Under the pieces are notes generated by a model. It was not told the origin of the DNA, searched no databases, and saw only the letters and a program-made list of their open reading frames with translations. From Vicugna vicugna (Eukaryota): a stretch of DNA of 50,555 nucleotides. Below, piece after piece: positions 12,058 through 24,811 of this stretch. The position numbers were made by a program, and so were the translations under genes. The stretch is taken from assembly GCA_013265495.1 (NCBI GenBank), contig MU058781.1:7302098-7352652 (forward strand), written 5' to 3'. Each line of letters begins with the position of its first letter. The stretch's first letter is position 1.

Positions 12058-13259
12058 TTTTTATGTCCTCGGAAAATGATACAAAACTGTATAAAAATCA
12101 GCATTCCAGTTTCTAACACATATATATGTGTTTGCACACTATAAAAATATTAGCAGGAATTACACCAAAATGTCAATAGGAATTATTACTGATGGTATGA
12201 TACTGGATGATTTCAATGTTTTTCTTTACTTTTTTCTATATTTTCCAAAGTTCCAGCAGATTCAACATGATGCATTCAACATGAATGTAAATATGGCTGT
12301 CTGTGTCTCTACCTACCTCTATCTACGTATTATTTTACATTCATAAAACTGAATTAATACTAGCTTTCTAAGTTCCAGAACCTGATTCATATGATAAATT
12401 TTCAAAACTAAGACTTTTAGAATGGCTTATATACCATGGCATTCTCTTATCCCTTTTTAATCTGATTACTGATTTTTTTTTTGGTATTATGACTCTGTGT
12501 TCTCAAATAATAAAAGGGCAAAGAATGACACATACCTCTTGGCCTCCATGATGTGGAAAAGATACCATTGTGAATATGACTGATGTCTGATGGAGTCAGT
12601 TAGTTTCCAAAAGAAAAACTGAGTAACAGGAAAATAGAAAGCTCTAATCTAGGAGATTATGACTCAGTCCTTGCTCTCTCTGCAAAATGAACTCTTTGTA
12701 AACTCTGACCCACGAATGTTCTTGTATGGCAGGAAGTATTTTCATTTAACTTCTAATTTAATTTTGAATCAAGTTTAGTGATTTTCATTTTGTGATGAGG
12801 CCAAGTCCAGTGGTGAATGGATGCCTGCTATGGAAAAAGGTTTTACTATTTTAACTTGAACCAACTGAAATAGAAACTTTAATTGCCTCTCAGACTGATT
12901 GATATCCCACAACCAAACTGAACGTAATCAAAGATTTGATGCTGCATCAATAGCTGAAATGAAAATTCTAAGAAAGTGATGAGCTAACAAATTGTGCCAG
13001 ACTAAAGAATCTGGGGCAGGGTGTATGAAGGGTGTCCTGTGGTCTCTCTGGTTTTAGAAACTGATACTTCTAAAACCAGAGTCCAGGACATTTCTTGTAC
13101 CATTAAAAATATTAATCTAATGCTAGACAATGAGAAATAAGTGTATGCAAGATATTTAAATACATGTCAATATCAGTCTAGATGTGAGATTTTAGTGAAT
13201 TCCCAAAAGACATTCATGCTTCTTAATAAATTTCCTTTTCTATTCAGGAATCTAGGTGG

Positions 13260-13262
<3 letters not shown>

Positions 13263-13294
<32 letters not shown>
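13263..13294. repeat. (TG)16 microsatellite
   Basis: Read directly. Confidence 0.98.
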
Positions 13295-13297
<3 letters not shown>

Positions 13298-13785
13298 TTC
13301 AGTATTCAATAATAGAAGTAATGAATAGAGGTGTGGGAAAAAGATTTGTGAGAAATCAAACTCTTACAAGAATTTCTTCCATTTGTTTTTAAAAACTCCT
13401 GTAGAAAAACTAATACTTATCAACCACAGGTAACTGTTAACTCTGGTCGTGGTGGAATGGTTTCTTCTGTACATGAAGTTGCATATTTTCTTAAAAGTAA
13501 GCTCTGTGATGACAGGTGTTCAACATTTGTGAACAAATTGGAAATAATTTGGAATTGCAATATTTATAGATTACAAGTCAATTATATGGAGATATTTAAG
13601 AAAAATCCATTTAAAATTATTTTATACAAATAAGGATAATATGACCTATATCTAATACTATAGAAAAGAAAAGTGAACATACACTGAAAATATCCTTGTA
13701 AAATTTATATGATTTTCCTCCTTAGTAAACAGAATCATACCATCTAAATCTACAGCACTCATTATCTTTCCATCTAGATAATTTT

Positions 13786-14412
13786 TAAGTTTTTAAAACA
13801 TTTTTACTGTAGTTGATTTACAATATTGTATTAGCTTCAGGCATAGAGCCCAGATACTTTTCCATCAGAGGTTATTACAAGATATTTAATATAGTTCTGT
13901 GTGCTGTACAATAAATACTTATTGTTTGTCTATTTTACATATAGTGATGCGTATCTATTAATCCAAAACTCCTAATTTATCCCTCTCCCTCCCCTTTCCC
14001 TTTTGATAACTATAGGTGTGCTTTCTACATCTGTGAGTCTGTTTCTGTTTCATAAATAAGGTGGTTTGTATAATTCTTTTAGATTCCACAAATAAGTGAT
14101 AAAATAGGATATTTGTCTTTCTCTGCCTGACTTACTTCATTAGTATGATGATCTCTATGTCCATCCATGTTGTTGCAAATGGCAATATTTCATTCTTTTT
14201 TATGGGTGAGTGATATTCTGTTGTGTGTCTATATCACATCTTCTTTATCCAGTCATCTTTTGATGGACGTTTAGGTTGTTTCCATGTCTTGGCTATTGTG
14301 AATAGTGCTGTGCACGTATCTTTTTGAATTAGAGTTTTTGTTTTTTCCAGATGTATGCCTGGGAGTAGGATTGCTGGATCATATAGTAACTCTGTTTTTA
14401 CGTTTGTAATCA
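13786..14412 (-). mobile_element. 5'-truncated L1 3' end (~630 bp)
   Basis: ORF2 C-terminal peptide (ELLYDPAILLPGI...[13 protein letters not shown]). Perfect 14-bp TSD atctagataatttt at 13772-13785 and 14413-14426, followed by aa (TTTT/AA). Confidence 0.93.
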
Positions 14413-14542
14413 ATCTAGATAATTTTAAATGAATCTTGCCAGAATGCTTATCACCTAAGGGGGTAAATATGTATGTATGATCCAAATGCAGTAACCCTTT
14501 TTTTTCTTGAAAGCATTTTTCCCACTGTCCATTTTTTGTATC

Positions 14543-14956
14543 TATTACTGGACTCAGTGGGTCCATTGCTTGGGGTGCTTAGCAATTCAACACACCAAGT
14601 ACTTTCAGTTAAAGTAGAAGCATTTATTACTTGTGACAAGTTAGGAGACAGGGAGATAGCTTTCAAAGCACTGTTTCCCCAAATGGCTGGATGGAGAAGT
14701 TTTAAGCCTGGGGGTCATGCATATTTATGAAAGGCTAAGCATGATTATTATAATGAGGCAAATGTTACCCTAGGTTGCCAAAAGCTGCAAGCAAGTAGGT
14801 GCTTGATTGTTTGCACTATGGTATCTTGTTGACTAGAATGCACTGTAACCTTTTTGGAACATCTTGTGTTTGGAACTTTCTATAATTTAACAGTTTCTGC
14901 AAAACAAGCACACTTCATTTTAACCCCATCCTTTCCCTACTGCTACCTGGCTAACA
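14543..14956 (-). mobile_element. Probable ERV solo LTR (family not assigned)
   Basis: Minus strand starts tgttagcc, carries AATAAA (+ tttatt near 14622) and ends ...ccagtaata; size and layout fit an LTR. No TSD seen. Confidence 0.5.
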
Positions 14957-15041
14957 AAGCCTCTCTTTCAAAACATTGAATGTTGTCAAGAACTATGAAA
15001 GGTCTAAGATTTTACTCCACTTGTACAATAATACATTAGCT

Positions 15042-15486
15042 TGCCACAATTTCATGGATGCTGGCAGAAGACATGACAATCTTGGGTCAGAGATAAAGGA
15101 CAGTTTATTACTCACAGAAATAACAGTGGCCGGACTGATTAGTTTTCCTTTGTCTCCATATTGCATGGGGATCAAAGCAGATGGAACCAGATGGAGGTCT
15201 CAAATACAGTGACTATATTCCAGGAGAGAAATCTTGACTTGTGGAATCTGAATCTTTTATAATGAGCAATATGCATGCCTGTCCTTTGCTTTGGAAGGAG
15301 ATATCTTAATCATATAGATTAGTAAGCAAAAATGTCCTTTGCTCTGGAGGGAGACATAATCTCCATCTTCCAAGATTTTTGCTCTGCAGATATCTTTTAA
15401 AATATAGTCTAGAACAAAGGGCAGTATGTGCCTCTCCTTGCAAGAAGTGCGGAAGTGCAAGGCACATGGAAAATTGTCTGACAACA
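15042..15486 (-). mobile_element. ERVL solo LTR (LTR40-like)
   Basis: Minus strand tgttgtcagacaattttccatg...actgccctttgttctagacta...tgtctccctccagagcaaaggaca resembles the LTR40 consensus as I recall it. Confidence 0.75.
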
Positions 15487-15678
15487 AATGTGTGAAGATT
15501 ATCCTTAGAAATGGGTTTCCAAATGGCAGAAATGAATTATTTGTTCTAGGAATCATTGGCTGGTTGGCACTGAGGATTGTGTGTTATATACCATGGATGT
15601 TCTGAAGCTCTACTTCCATGAATCACTATTTGTACTTAGAGACATTGTTGTGATCAACATACAAGAACAGTGAGGGGA

Positions 15679-16214
15679 TGTGGTAGGCAGAATTCTAAGG
15701 TGATTACCATGACCCTCACCTTTGTTTAATCTTCTTCTGTTGAGTGTAGGTGGGACTTCTGAATATGAAGAGCTATCACTCCAATGATTATATTACATTA
15801 TATTAGAAAATGGAGATTATCTGGAATGGGCATAATTACCAATATACAGTTTTGCCCACCTTCTAAGTACAAAGGGGAGTGTATTTCATACTTTCTTGAA
15901 GTTAGGTGTGATTGTGTAACTAGTATTAGACAATGAAATGTGGGTAAAAGTGATACATACCACTTCTGGGTAAAGGCATTTAATAGATGAGGCTTGACTC
16001 TGCAGTTTTCTCTTTTCCTGCCAGAAGTACCCTGGAAGCCAAGAGTTAAGATGGAGCCCACATTAGCCTTAGTCCCTGAGTGGCTCTGATAAGCAGAGCT
16101 TCCCGTATTGGACTTGTCATATAAGCAAGAAATAAACATTTGTTCTTTTAAGCCACTGAGATTTCAGAGCTATATTGTCACTGTGACACAAACTAGCCTT
16201 TCCTGACTAGTACA
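15679..16214 (+). mobile_element. MaLR LTR sequence (MLT1; possibly a composite of two subfamilies)
   Basis: Starts tgtggtaggcagaattctaag; ends agaaataaacatttgttcttttaagccactgagattt...ctgactagtaca. Confidence 0.8.
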
Positions 16215-16414
16215 ATTACTTGAATCAAGGTTATAAGTAGTAGAGTCTGCAATTCTTGTTGATATATTCAGATTAACTTTAGACAGTAATACCCATTTTA
16301 TACTCGGTGCTTTAACTGTACTGAAGTGCTTGCAGGTCTCTGAATGCTTAGTGTTTTCCCCAGACCTCAGGACCTTTGAACCCATTCTTCCCTCTGCTTG
16401 CAATCAGAGAGTTC

Positions 16415-16650
16415 ATCATAGTGGATGGTTAAGAATAAGCTACAGATTCAGACTAGTCTAGATTTGTATCCAGAAACATCCACTTCCTCTCTGTACTGTC
16501 TTGGGCAAGTAATTTAATCCTTACTGTCCCCACTTTCTCATCTGTAAAATGGAATAATAATGGTGCACCTATCATAGGGCTACTGGGAATTTTAAATGAA
16601 AAAAATGAAACATTCAGAGTAACAACATTGCTGTTATTATTACTATTATT
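16415..16650 (+). mobile_element. MIR SINE, embedded in an L2 remnant (~16340-16890)
   Basis: Core cttgggcaagtaatttaatc...tttctcatctgtaaaatggaataata...cctatcatagggct; the flanking L2 ends in ...ctgaatgaat. Confidence 0.85.
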
Positions 16651-19600
16651 ATTAAAAACTCCTTTCACATGTCACCTCTTGCAGGAATTATTCCTGATTC
16701 TTCTAGGTTTGATTAGATAGCCCTTTATTGTGCTGCTGCAAAGGATTATCAAGACATTTATAAAACTATATCAAAACTTGGCTGTCTCTTCCTCTCTGAT
16801 GTCAGCATTTGAAAAGTATCTTGAAAATTAGAAGAAAAATAATGTATTGCTAGCACCCATTAGTAAGTAAGTGTTTTCTGAATGAATAAGAAACTTTTGA
16901 GTCAATAGCTGTGGGCCTAAGCTAGTAATTAGTACTAAGAAAATAATTATGAGCCTCAAGTAAAATTAATCTTATAAATGATAATCATATGAATTAATAT
17001 AGTTACAGAAGTGTTCTTTTAACTACCTTGATTGATTGAAGCTTCATTTTTTTTAGAGTTATGTTAAATGGGATGTAATTTTCAAAAATTGAGATCATTT
17101 TTGATTTACTGAAATTGCTGAAAGCATAAAGTTTATATTCTACATTGTTTGAAATATAGCTAATCATTCTGGCATTAGCAACCTGGATTATGTTTAGAGA
17201 GGTACTCAACCCATCACACTTAGTAATAAATGTCAACAGTTAGCATTACTGTTTATAAACACCCAAAATTGCTACAAGGCAGAAATAAAGTTTAAGTCTA
17301 TTATTTTTGAATTTTAAAATAATGTTTTTGCTAATGTTCAATTTACAATAAGGAGTTTGTTTAGACATTTGGTAAAACTGACCCTTTTAGCTTAGTGACA
17401 AAGAAGAACTCCACATCTTTGGTTTTGATATGTTTGTAATTTCTCAAAAGAAAATACCTGAATTTTCTTTTTTGTTGGTGTCTGGTTTTTAAGTCAGTGA
17501 CTCACCTCCCAATGTAAACACTTTTGTAGTCAACAACGCCTCCCTACCAAACAATAATTTTCCATGTTAATACGGGAAATGAATTTCACCTTGGATATTA
17601 AACCTTTGTCATGCTACAGTTTGGAGACTTTTTTCATTAATGATATTTAGAATTTTTGCTCCACCATTGTGGAGCTATCTTTTCTATTGTCTGATTCCTG
17701 CATGTAATATATCCTACTCGCCAAGAGGGACATCCCTTTTTTGAGCAGGGGCTGCTGCTAGCAGAGCGGGAAGCTCATTTCCTCATGCTTGAGCAAAATC
17801 AAGGTTCTTAGTGAAGATAATTAGGTTTTACTTTCAGCATGGGAAGACATGATAGTAGTGAAAAATTGAGACAGAGAGGAGAGGAGGAATGAAAAGAGAT
17901 TCATATTATATTATGTAACTTGTGCAGATCAAGACGTGAGAAGGACATGGTTTCCTAGAAATCTCAATACTTAAGAAACAAAATGCATTTTAATTACTGA
18001 TACCTTTAGGTTAGCACCTGATGAGCATTTTTCAAACTAGGCAGGGTGTTTGGTGTTTTAAAATAACACAGTGTCCGAGCACTAAAGACAAAGGTAAGTC
18101 ACTTGCTCTACATGACTGTCCACTTGAACCTGACTGCCTTTGAATTTTGCTTCAGTCTTGTGAACAGAATGAGCCCAGAGATGCCACCGTGCCCAGGTGC
18201 ACCTGTGATAAGGAGGCACATGTGGTCACATCCTTGTTTTACCTGTAGGCAGGGAGGATGCTCATGTGACCTCTTTAGCTGCTCTTTCTGGGATAGAAGG
18301 AAGAGATCTGTCCATGAAAAAAGAACTCCTGTATTTGCTTTTCTTTTCCTTCTGTCACATCCATGCCTGTGATTTCTGTCACAGCTGGCTGTGTGTGGCT
18401 TCCTTTCTCCATTGCGTAGCTTCAGTTTGGTTGTGCACCCCAGGGTGTCTTAATGGCTATCAATGAGCCTAATTAATTTTCCCCCTTTTCAGAATGGCCC
18501 TTTGGCTAAGTATTTAAGGGAGCTTAGAGTTTACAGTTTTGCAGCAGAAAGGGACTGTTTGCAAATTCCATAAGGTGAGAGACAACTGTGTTTGTTTCAG
18601 TGGTTGATGAGCAGGTGATCATTAGTGCCTCATCAGTGCCGGGAAGGGTCTGAGCTCTACACTGGGACAGACTGATGAGAAAAGGTTAGGGGCTGCGCTT
18701 CAGAGCTGCTCTTCTTGGCCACTGAATCCCTTGCACGTGGATGCAAAGTTTCATGTCCACTCCGGGGCAGAGATACGATGGCTCTGGTTGCTGTTATTTT
18801 TGGTCAGTGTAGGGTTTGGGGTATGAGTATGGTGCTTTGAGCTTTCTTTGAATTTGTTTCGTCTTAGCTGACATTAATGATATACATTTCAAAATTTGGC
18901 AGTGGAATATATGGGGGCCATTGGCAATTGTCAATAAGACTTCAGCTTATTATAATCTATGTAATAAAACCAGATTTTAAAAAGCCTGATTCTAAATTTT
19001 ATATTTTAAGCTGTGTTGTTTTCCAAGACATCTGAACTGCTAGAAAATCTGTGAACAAATCATTTAATCTGTCAAAAAAAAAGAAGCAAACCAAAAAATA
19101 ATCACATGTTTCCCCCATGTTTGTGGCAAATATGTAGTGAACCCTGTGCTGCATGTCTGTGACTTGTATGTTCTGCTGGGATTTATGTGCACAGGAAAGC
19201 AATTTCCCATTCCTAAGTTTTTTTCACAGTTATTTTCCACAAAATGTTTCCCTAACTCGTATGTCTTAACAGCTGCCATTAAAACATAGTTTAAAAGCAC
19301 AAAACAGATATACTGAAAAAGACAAAAAAGTTAACATGCCATATATATTTAGCATTTATAATTTTTTGTTTCTCCCTGAGTAATCCTGGGATTAGTCAAA
19401 TGGTAAGGTGAAACTAGTCATTTTTTGTTTTTGTTTTTTTTCTTACACTCTTCATTATTTCTTCTTTTCTTAATGCAAATATCATTCTTGAGTCCCCTGA
19501 TTTTTCCCTCCAGTATTTTATAGTTAATTTTCTTCTTTTTACTTTGTTTTTTTCTATATTCTTTCCTTTCCCCTTTTTCATTTTCTAATTTCCCTTTTCC

Positions 19601-19685
19601 CTGTTCTTTCTTGCTGTTTTTCTATCTCCTTTGTTGTATCTTAAAAGAATAAAGAAATAAATTATGTCCACCAGAGGGCAGTCTG

Positions 19686-19686
<1 letters not shown>

Positions 19687-19747
<61 letters not shown>

Positions 19748-19771
19748 CTCTCACACACACACACACACACA
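19687..19771. repeat. Compound microsatellite (AC)29-cctctct-(CA)10
   Basis: Read directly; preceded by a long pyrimidine-rich tract (~19500-19640). Confidence 0.98.
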
Positions 19772-21116
19772 CCCCTTTTACCCTTTTCCTCTCTTTTCCA
19801 GCTGTCTTCCAGGAGGAATCTGAATGAGAATAGGTACTACAAAGCAAAACAAAACCCTTTCATTTATACACTCCTTTCATTATCACTTAAATGTGGACAT
19901 GGTGTCTCAATGATTTCATTTGTTAAGACTCAGTCTTCTCTAGATTTGTATAAGGCGTATATAGACCCTTACTCTGACTACCTGAAGGAAACAATAAACT
20001 GACTTGAGTTTGTCTCAGAAAATACATGGTGAAAAGAAAACTTGGGCTGTGAGATTTTGATTGGATAAAACATGAAAAGTCAGTAGACTCATTTATGGGA
20101 TTGCTGTAAAATACATGTGACTGCAGTGTTCAAGAATTTTACCCTCTCATTTAAAAAAAATTATAAGCCAGGGCTTTATTTTTCTATATGACTGCAATCA
20201 TCTGGACTTCAGGTTACTCCTCTATAAATAAAAATACTTTTGACTGTGATCCTTGCAAATTTCCCATATGTTCCCTAGGGAAGTGTAAAAATAGAAGGGG
20301 CTTGAGCTTTTCCTCTTTTTCACTTTCCTGACCTGCATATATCTTTGTTGCCTGAAAGTCCTATTCTGCCCCACTCAGAGGTTTGGGTGAAGAAAAGAAC
20401 TTTTCAACATAGAAGTTTGGTGACTTGACTTGAGGTGTGCCGAGGTGTGAGAAAATGTCTACTTTATTACGTGAAGTAATAAGAAGCAAAATGAGGGACT
20501 ACCCAAATACTCTGAAAAAAAGAGAGGTGTCTGAGTAACCCAGTCAGTCTGAAATCCTGGGAGCAGAAAGGAGAAGAAAGTTTCATGGTTAGACTTTCAG
20601 TTTCTGAAACCTTGCGGTGTGCCTTATGAGTACAAGGTCATAGACTGTGTACTGGTCTGTCCTATGTAATCAGCACCAACTTCAAAATTGATTGGAAGCT
20701 CTCAATAAGTTTGCTGTTGTAGAGGGAATTTAGAATTCACTAGTTTCAGAATATGAGGCTATTAAGTCAGTAGCCTTGGACATTCTACTATTATGTTGAA
20801 ATATAGTAGATGGAGAAGATACCTGAATTTCAAGTGATTTTTCAGTTGAATTCAAATGCAATGATCTCCTAGTACTCTTTTTGTACTCTTTCCAAGGATT
20901 TCAATGGACAGACTGTTTCTGCCACAGGAATAATTTCTCAAAAGATTTCATCTTTCTATGGTACAGAATGTTACCTTCTTTATACATTACTTATCCTGGG
21001 GGAATCTGGGTTGGTAGGTATTTTGGAATGTGACATGCATTTTTGAACTTCTGCCTGCAGGAACACTAAGGAGATGCAGTTGAAGAGGTATTTTCAATTT
21101 GATGCTGATCCAAACT

Positions 21117-21144
21117 AAAAAAAAAAAAAAAAAAAAAAAAAAAA
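21117..21144. repeat. Poly(A)28 tract
   Basis: Read directly. Confidence 0.97.
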
Positions 21145-21826
21145 CTTGCTAAAGGGACTGAGCTCAGAATTTAAAAATTTCATTGTTAATCTCAGTGTCC
21201 CACCAGGCACTACACATGTTGACTTACGTAGCAAAGAGGGATCCCTTTCTAGCTTGAATGAAATCTTAAAGCTAGAACGAACCAAGATTTTTAAGGGGGC
21301 TTCCACACCTCGCAGATATGTAACTGAAGTCTGCATATATTAAAACCAGTTGTTCCATAGTCATAATGACCATACTATTTGGTTCTGAATACTTCTTAGA
21401 TAAATCTAGAGCTACAATACCCGACTAATCTCTGATATAACCACACACGTGTATTCAGCTACTTCAGATTCTTACCAGATCCTTGTTCCTATGCCTTGGT
21501 CTATGGCTAGTTAGCATTAGTCCTATATAAAGACAGTTTCTTAGGGTAAGAAAATGGCATTAAGGAGGCATGCATTACCAAAGAGGTGCCTTTTTCACTT
21601 TACAAGGAACTACTTATGAACTTTTTTGTACTAAAGAATTTCACAAAACCCCAAATATTTCAGTTAATGCGATTAACTAAAATAATGATGTTAATGGATA
21701 TAAAGTTTCATGCTAATGTTTCAGTGACTTAGGTGATCCCATGTAACATTTTCTTTGTTTTAAAAGTCAGGGACTGATTATTTCTTTTAGGCACTCCCCT
21801 TGCATTTTGGTTAGCTGCCTCTAGGA

Positions 21827-22016
21827 AAGTGGTTCTCAGAAAAGTATGATCCTCTGACCCCCATGAGCAGCATGAGTATCCCCTGGGAACTTTTCAGAAA
21901 TGCAAATCCTCCAGCCCGTCCCACACCTGCTTGAAGAAGGTGGGGTGTGAGCGTGGCAATCTGTTTTCATAGCCCTCCACGTGGTTGTGATGCTCACTCG
22001 AGTTTGGGAACCATGG
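21827..22016. mobile_element. MER5A (hAT-Charlie) MITE
   Basis: Ends agtggttctca ... tttgggaacca; internal cctgggaacttttcagaaatgcaaatcctc; ~190 bp. Confidence 0.85.
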
Positions 22017-23699
22017 TGTTGGTTCATGAGAACAAATTCTGCTAACTTTAATACTTTAAACTTTTTTTTCCTCCTTACTCTATCTGGGTAGAATGATTTT
22101 GCCCAGGTTTAAATCATTTCTTTTTATAAGAGAGAAGTATGAAAAATATGAAGACTTCCCTTTTCAGGTTTCTTAATTCCTTTCTTTTATTTCTTTATTT
22201 GTGGATTCAAAGATTGCTTGTTTATAGCCTTTTTCTTTGTAGGAGTATAGACTGACTCCTCCATGGACATGCCTGTCTTTGTAGCCACCATCATGTGTAT
22301 TTTGTCTCTTTGCTAGCTGCATCCCTCCGCTTCCCTACTGGAAGCTGTCCATCTCTCCTTCTGGTTCTCTCACTAGTCCTGCTCCACAAAACCTTTACCC
22401 AGAGTCCAGTGTTATCAAACTCCATTACTAGAATGTTCAACATTTCTTCCAATTAACGATATGAAATATAAAAAGCCTTACTTGAGTTTCTCAAAGATGG
22501 CAATAACGAGCACTGAAGAAATAGTCAAGGGATCGGGGCTAATTAAAATGCAGCAGAGTACAGAAGTAAAGGTAACTGCGGCTTGCTAGGCTGTGTCTCC
22601 GGTAATCAGCAGTCCATAGTTTCCCCACACTAATTGACAGGAGATGCAGTGCTCCTGAGTGTGCACACAGCACACATTAAGGGAGTCAGCACACACTGCT
22701 CTTCCTGCCTGACTTGTCTCATTATCGACCTTGAACCAGCAAAGGTCAGAGGATGGGGCTGCTTTCATCAGTGTGACAAGTGTCTGAGGAGCATCCCTCT
22801 GTAGTCTAATAATTTGGCAGTTGTCTTATCCTGTACATGAATTAGTGATCTGATGCTTGAGGTATGATGGATAAAAAGAGTGTCAGCTCTGGGTAGGCAA
22901 TGTAGCTCTGGGCATCTGTGTTAGCCCCATCATTAATGCAGTCTGGGAGGTGTGTGTTGTAGGGTGCCTTTTTTCTCCTAGAGAAAGAATGAGTCTGGAT
23001 ACAGTCATTACAAAAGAGCATTTTCCTAGAAAATTGCTATCTATGGAAAAATACTTTACCAAGGTATTAACATTCACAAGTCAATTTCTTTCTATCAAGT
23101 AGACTTTGACACCTGACACTTTTCCAGTGTTGGCATAATGATAGTAATAATGAATGTTCTTTGAGAAAACTTAAAATCAATTAATCATATTGCCTGAACA
23201 TCCCTCATGTGCTGAAACTGATTTCAGACACAATGTGGAGATGTAAATAGGCAGATGTTACACCCCAGCATGTATATGATATATGCCAAGATATGCTAAG
23301 TATAAACACAGTACAGAAATAAAGAACATATTGAAAGATACATATGTGTAAGCATCTATTTATGTAACGGGAACAGTGAAACTGGCAACCTCACTTGGCA
23401 AAGATCTGAGAACATATATAAGCAACGTGCAATGCGATGGGACGGATACCTTCTTAGGGGTGAGTGGCAGAGCAGAAGAATGAACTGGAAGTGGGAATGA
23501 ATGAGAAAAGACATCTTAATTACAGGAAGAATTGTGCACTGCTGAGTTTTAATCTAGTTTTTCAAAGAGAGGAAGGATACAGGCAGGGAGAAGGGAAAGG
23601 AGAATATTTTCTACCAGAAAGAAAATTTTGATACTGAAGGACAAAGAAAATATTTCGAATGTTTCCCATTATCACTGAGTATTCTTTCTTCCCTTGTCA

Positions 23700-24282
23700 C
23701 TTGTGAAATTCCTGCCTAATCTCCAGTTGCACTGCAAAATTAACCACTTTGTTCAAGTGTCTCTGAGCCTACCCCAAGGAGCAAAGTTGATCATTCCTTG
23801 TCTGTTACGTCTCTACATTGTGGGTACTCTGAGTATCACCTGCATCGTGGTGGATTGTAATTATTTGTTCCTATGCCTATCTCTATTAGAGTGTGATGCA
23901 GCTTGGTCTGGTTTAATACATCACAGTAAGGCTGGAGACAGAGCACGGATTTTGGAACCAGATGGAGTGAAGTAGAAATTACATATCTATGTCTCACTAA
24001 TAGTTATTCTTGGGTGATTTATTTAATTCTCTAAGCCTCAGTTTCCTCATCTGAGAAGTGGAGATAATAATATCTAGCTCATAGGGAGGTTGTGAAGATT
24101 ATATAAGATAATATACTTAGGTTTCCAGTAAATGCCAGTTCTGCTCTTACCCTCCATCTTCTTCCATCTAGAATATTTAAAATCCTAGAGAATAGGAATT
24201 GTGTCATATTCAGCTCCATAGCCTCATTACCTAATTCTGTATCTGGCATAAATAGCTGTTCAATGAAAGTTTGCTGAATTAA
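23700..24282 (+). mobile_element. L2 3' end with a nested MIR (~23920-24130)
   Basis: MIR core ctctaagcctcagtttcctcatctgagaagtggagataata; L2 tail tctggcataaatagctgttcaatgaaagtttgctgaatt. Confidence 0.75.
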
Positions 24283-24711
24283 ACCAAGTTGCCTAAAACA
24301 TTCATGTGGACTGATTGCGCTATTCAAATCAACTCCAATATATTTTATGGTCTTGGGAGAATTTATTATTGGTATTATCTGTTGTTTCTCTTACTTTTTT
24401 TTCTTACTATATGCATGGTTGAGGGAATTTTATGGACATCTCGAACATGTATTTAGTCAAAATTATTCTGAAAACATGTTCCTTCAAAATATGGGTAAAT
24501 TGAATTTGTATTAATTTATCCAAGACCAAAATAGAGTATTACTCTTTCTAAGATTCCTATTCTTATATTTAAATATAGCTAGTTATTATGGTTACTGTAA
24601 ATACATGGGTATTTCTATGAAATAGGATAGAAATGTAAATATTATTCTATCAATGTATCACATAAGAACTATACACTTTTTCCATCAATGTTTGCATGCT
24701 TGGGATATTTC

Positions 24712-24779
24712 TTTTTTTATTGAAGTATAGCTGATTTACAGTGTTTGTTGATTTCTGATGTACAGCATAATGATTCAGT

Positions 24780-24811
<32 letters not shown>

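Noticed and set aside
13399..13502. Possible short exons (ctcctgtag|...ACAG|gtaact; later aaaa|gtaagc)
   Set aside because: Weak polypyrimidine tract, ambiguous boundaries and no recognisable peptide.
19585..20002. ORFs with (CV)n or (HT)n repeats
   Set aside because: Translations of the CA/TG microsatellite; the same holds for 13141..13392 and 25180..25377.
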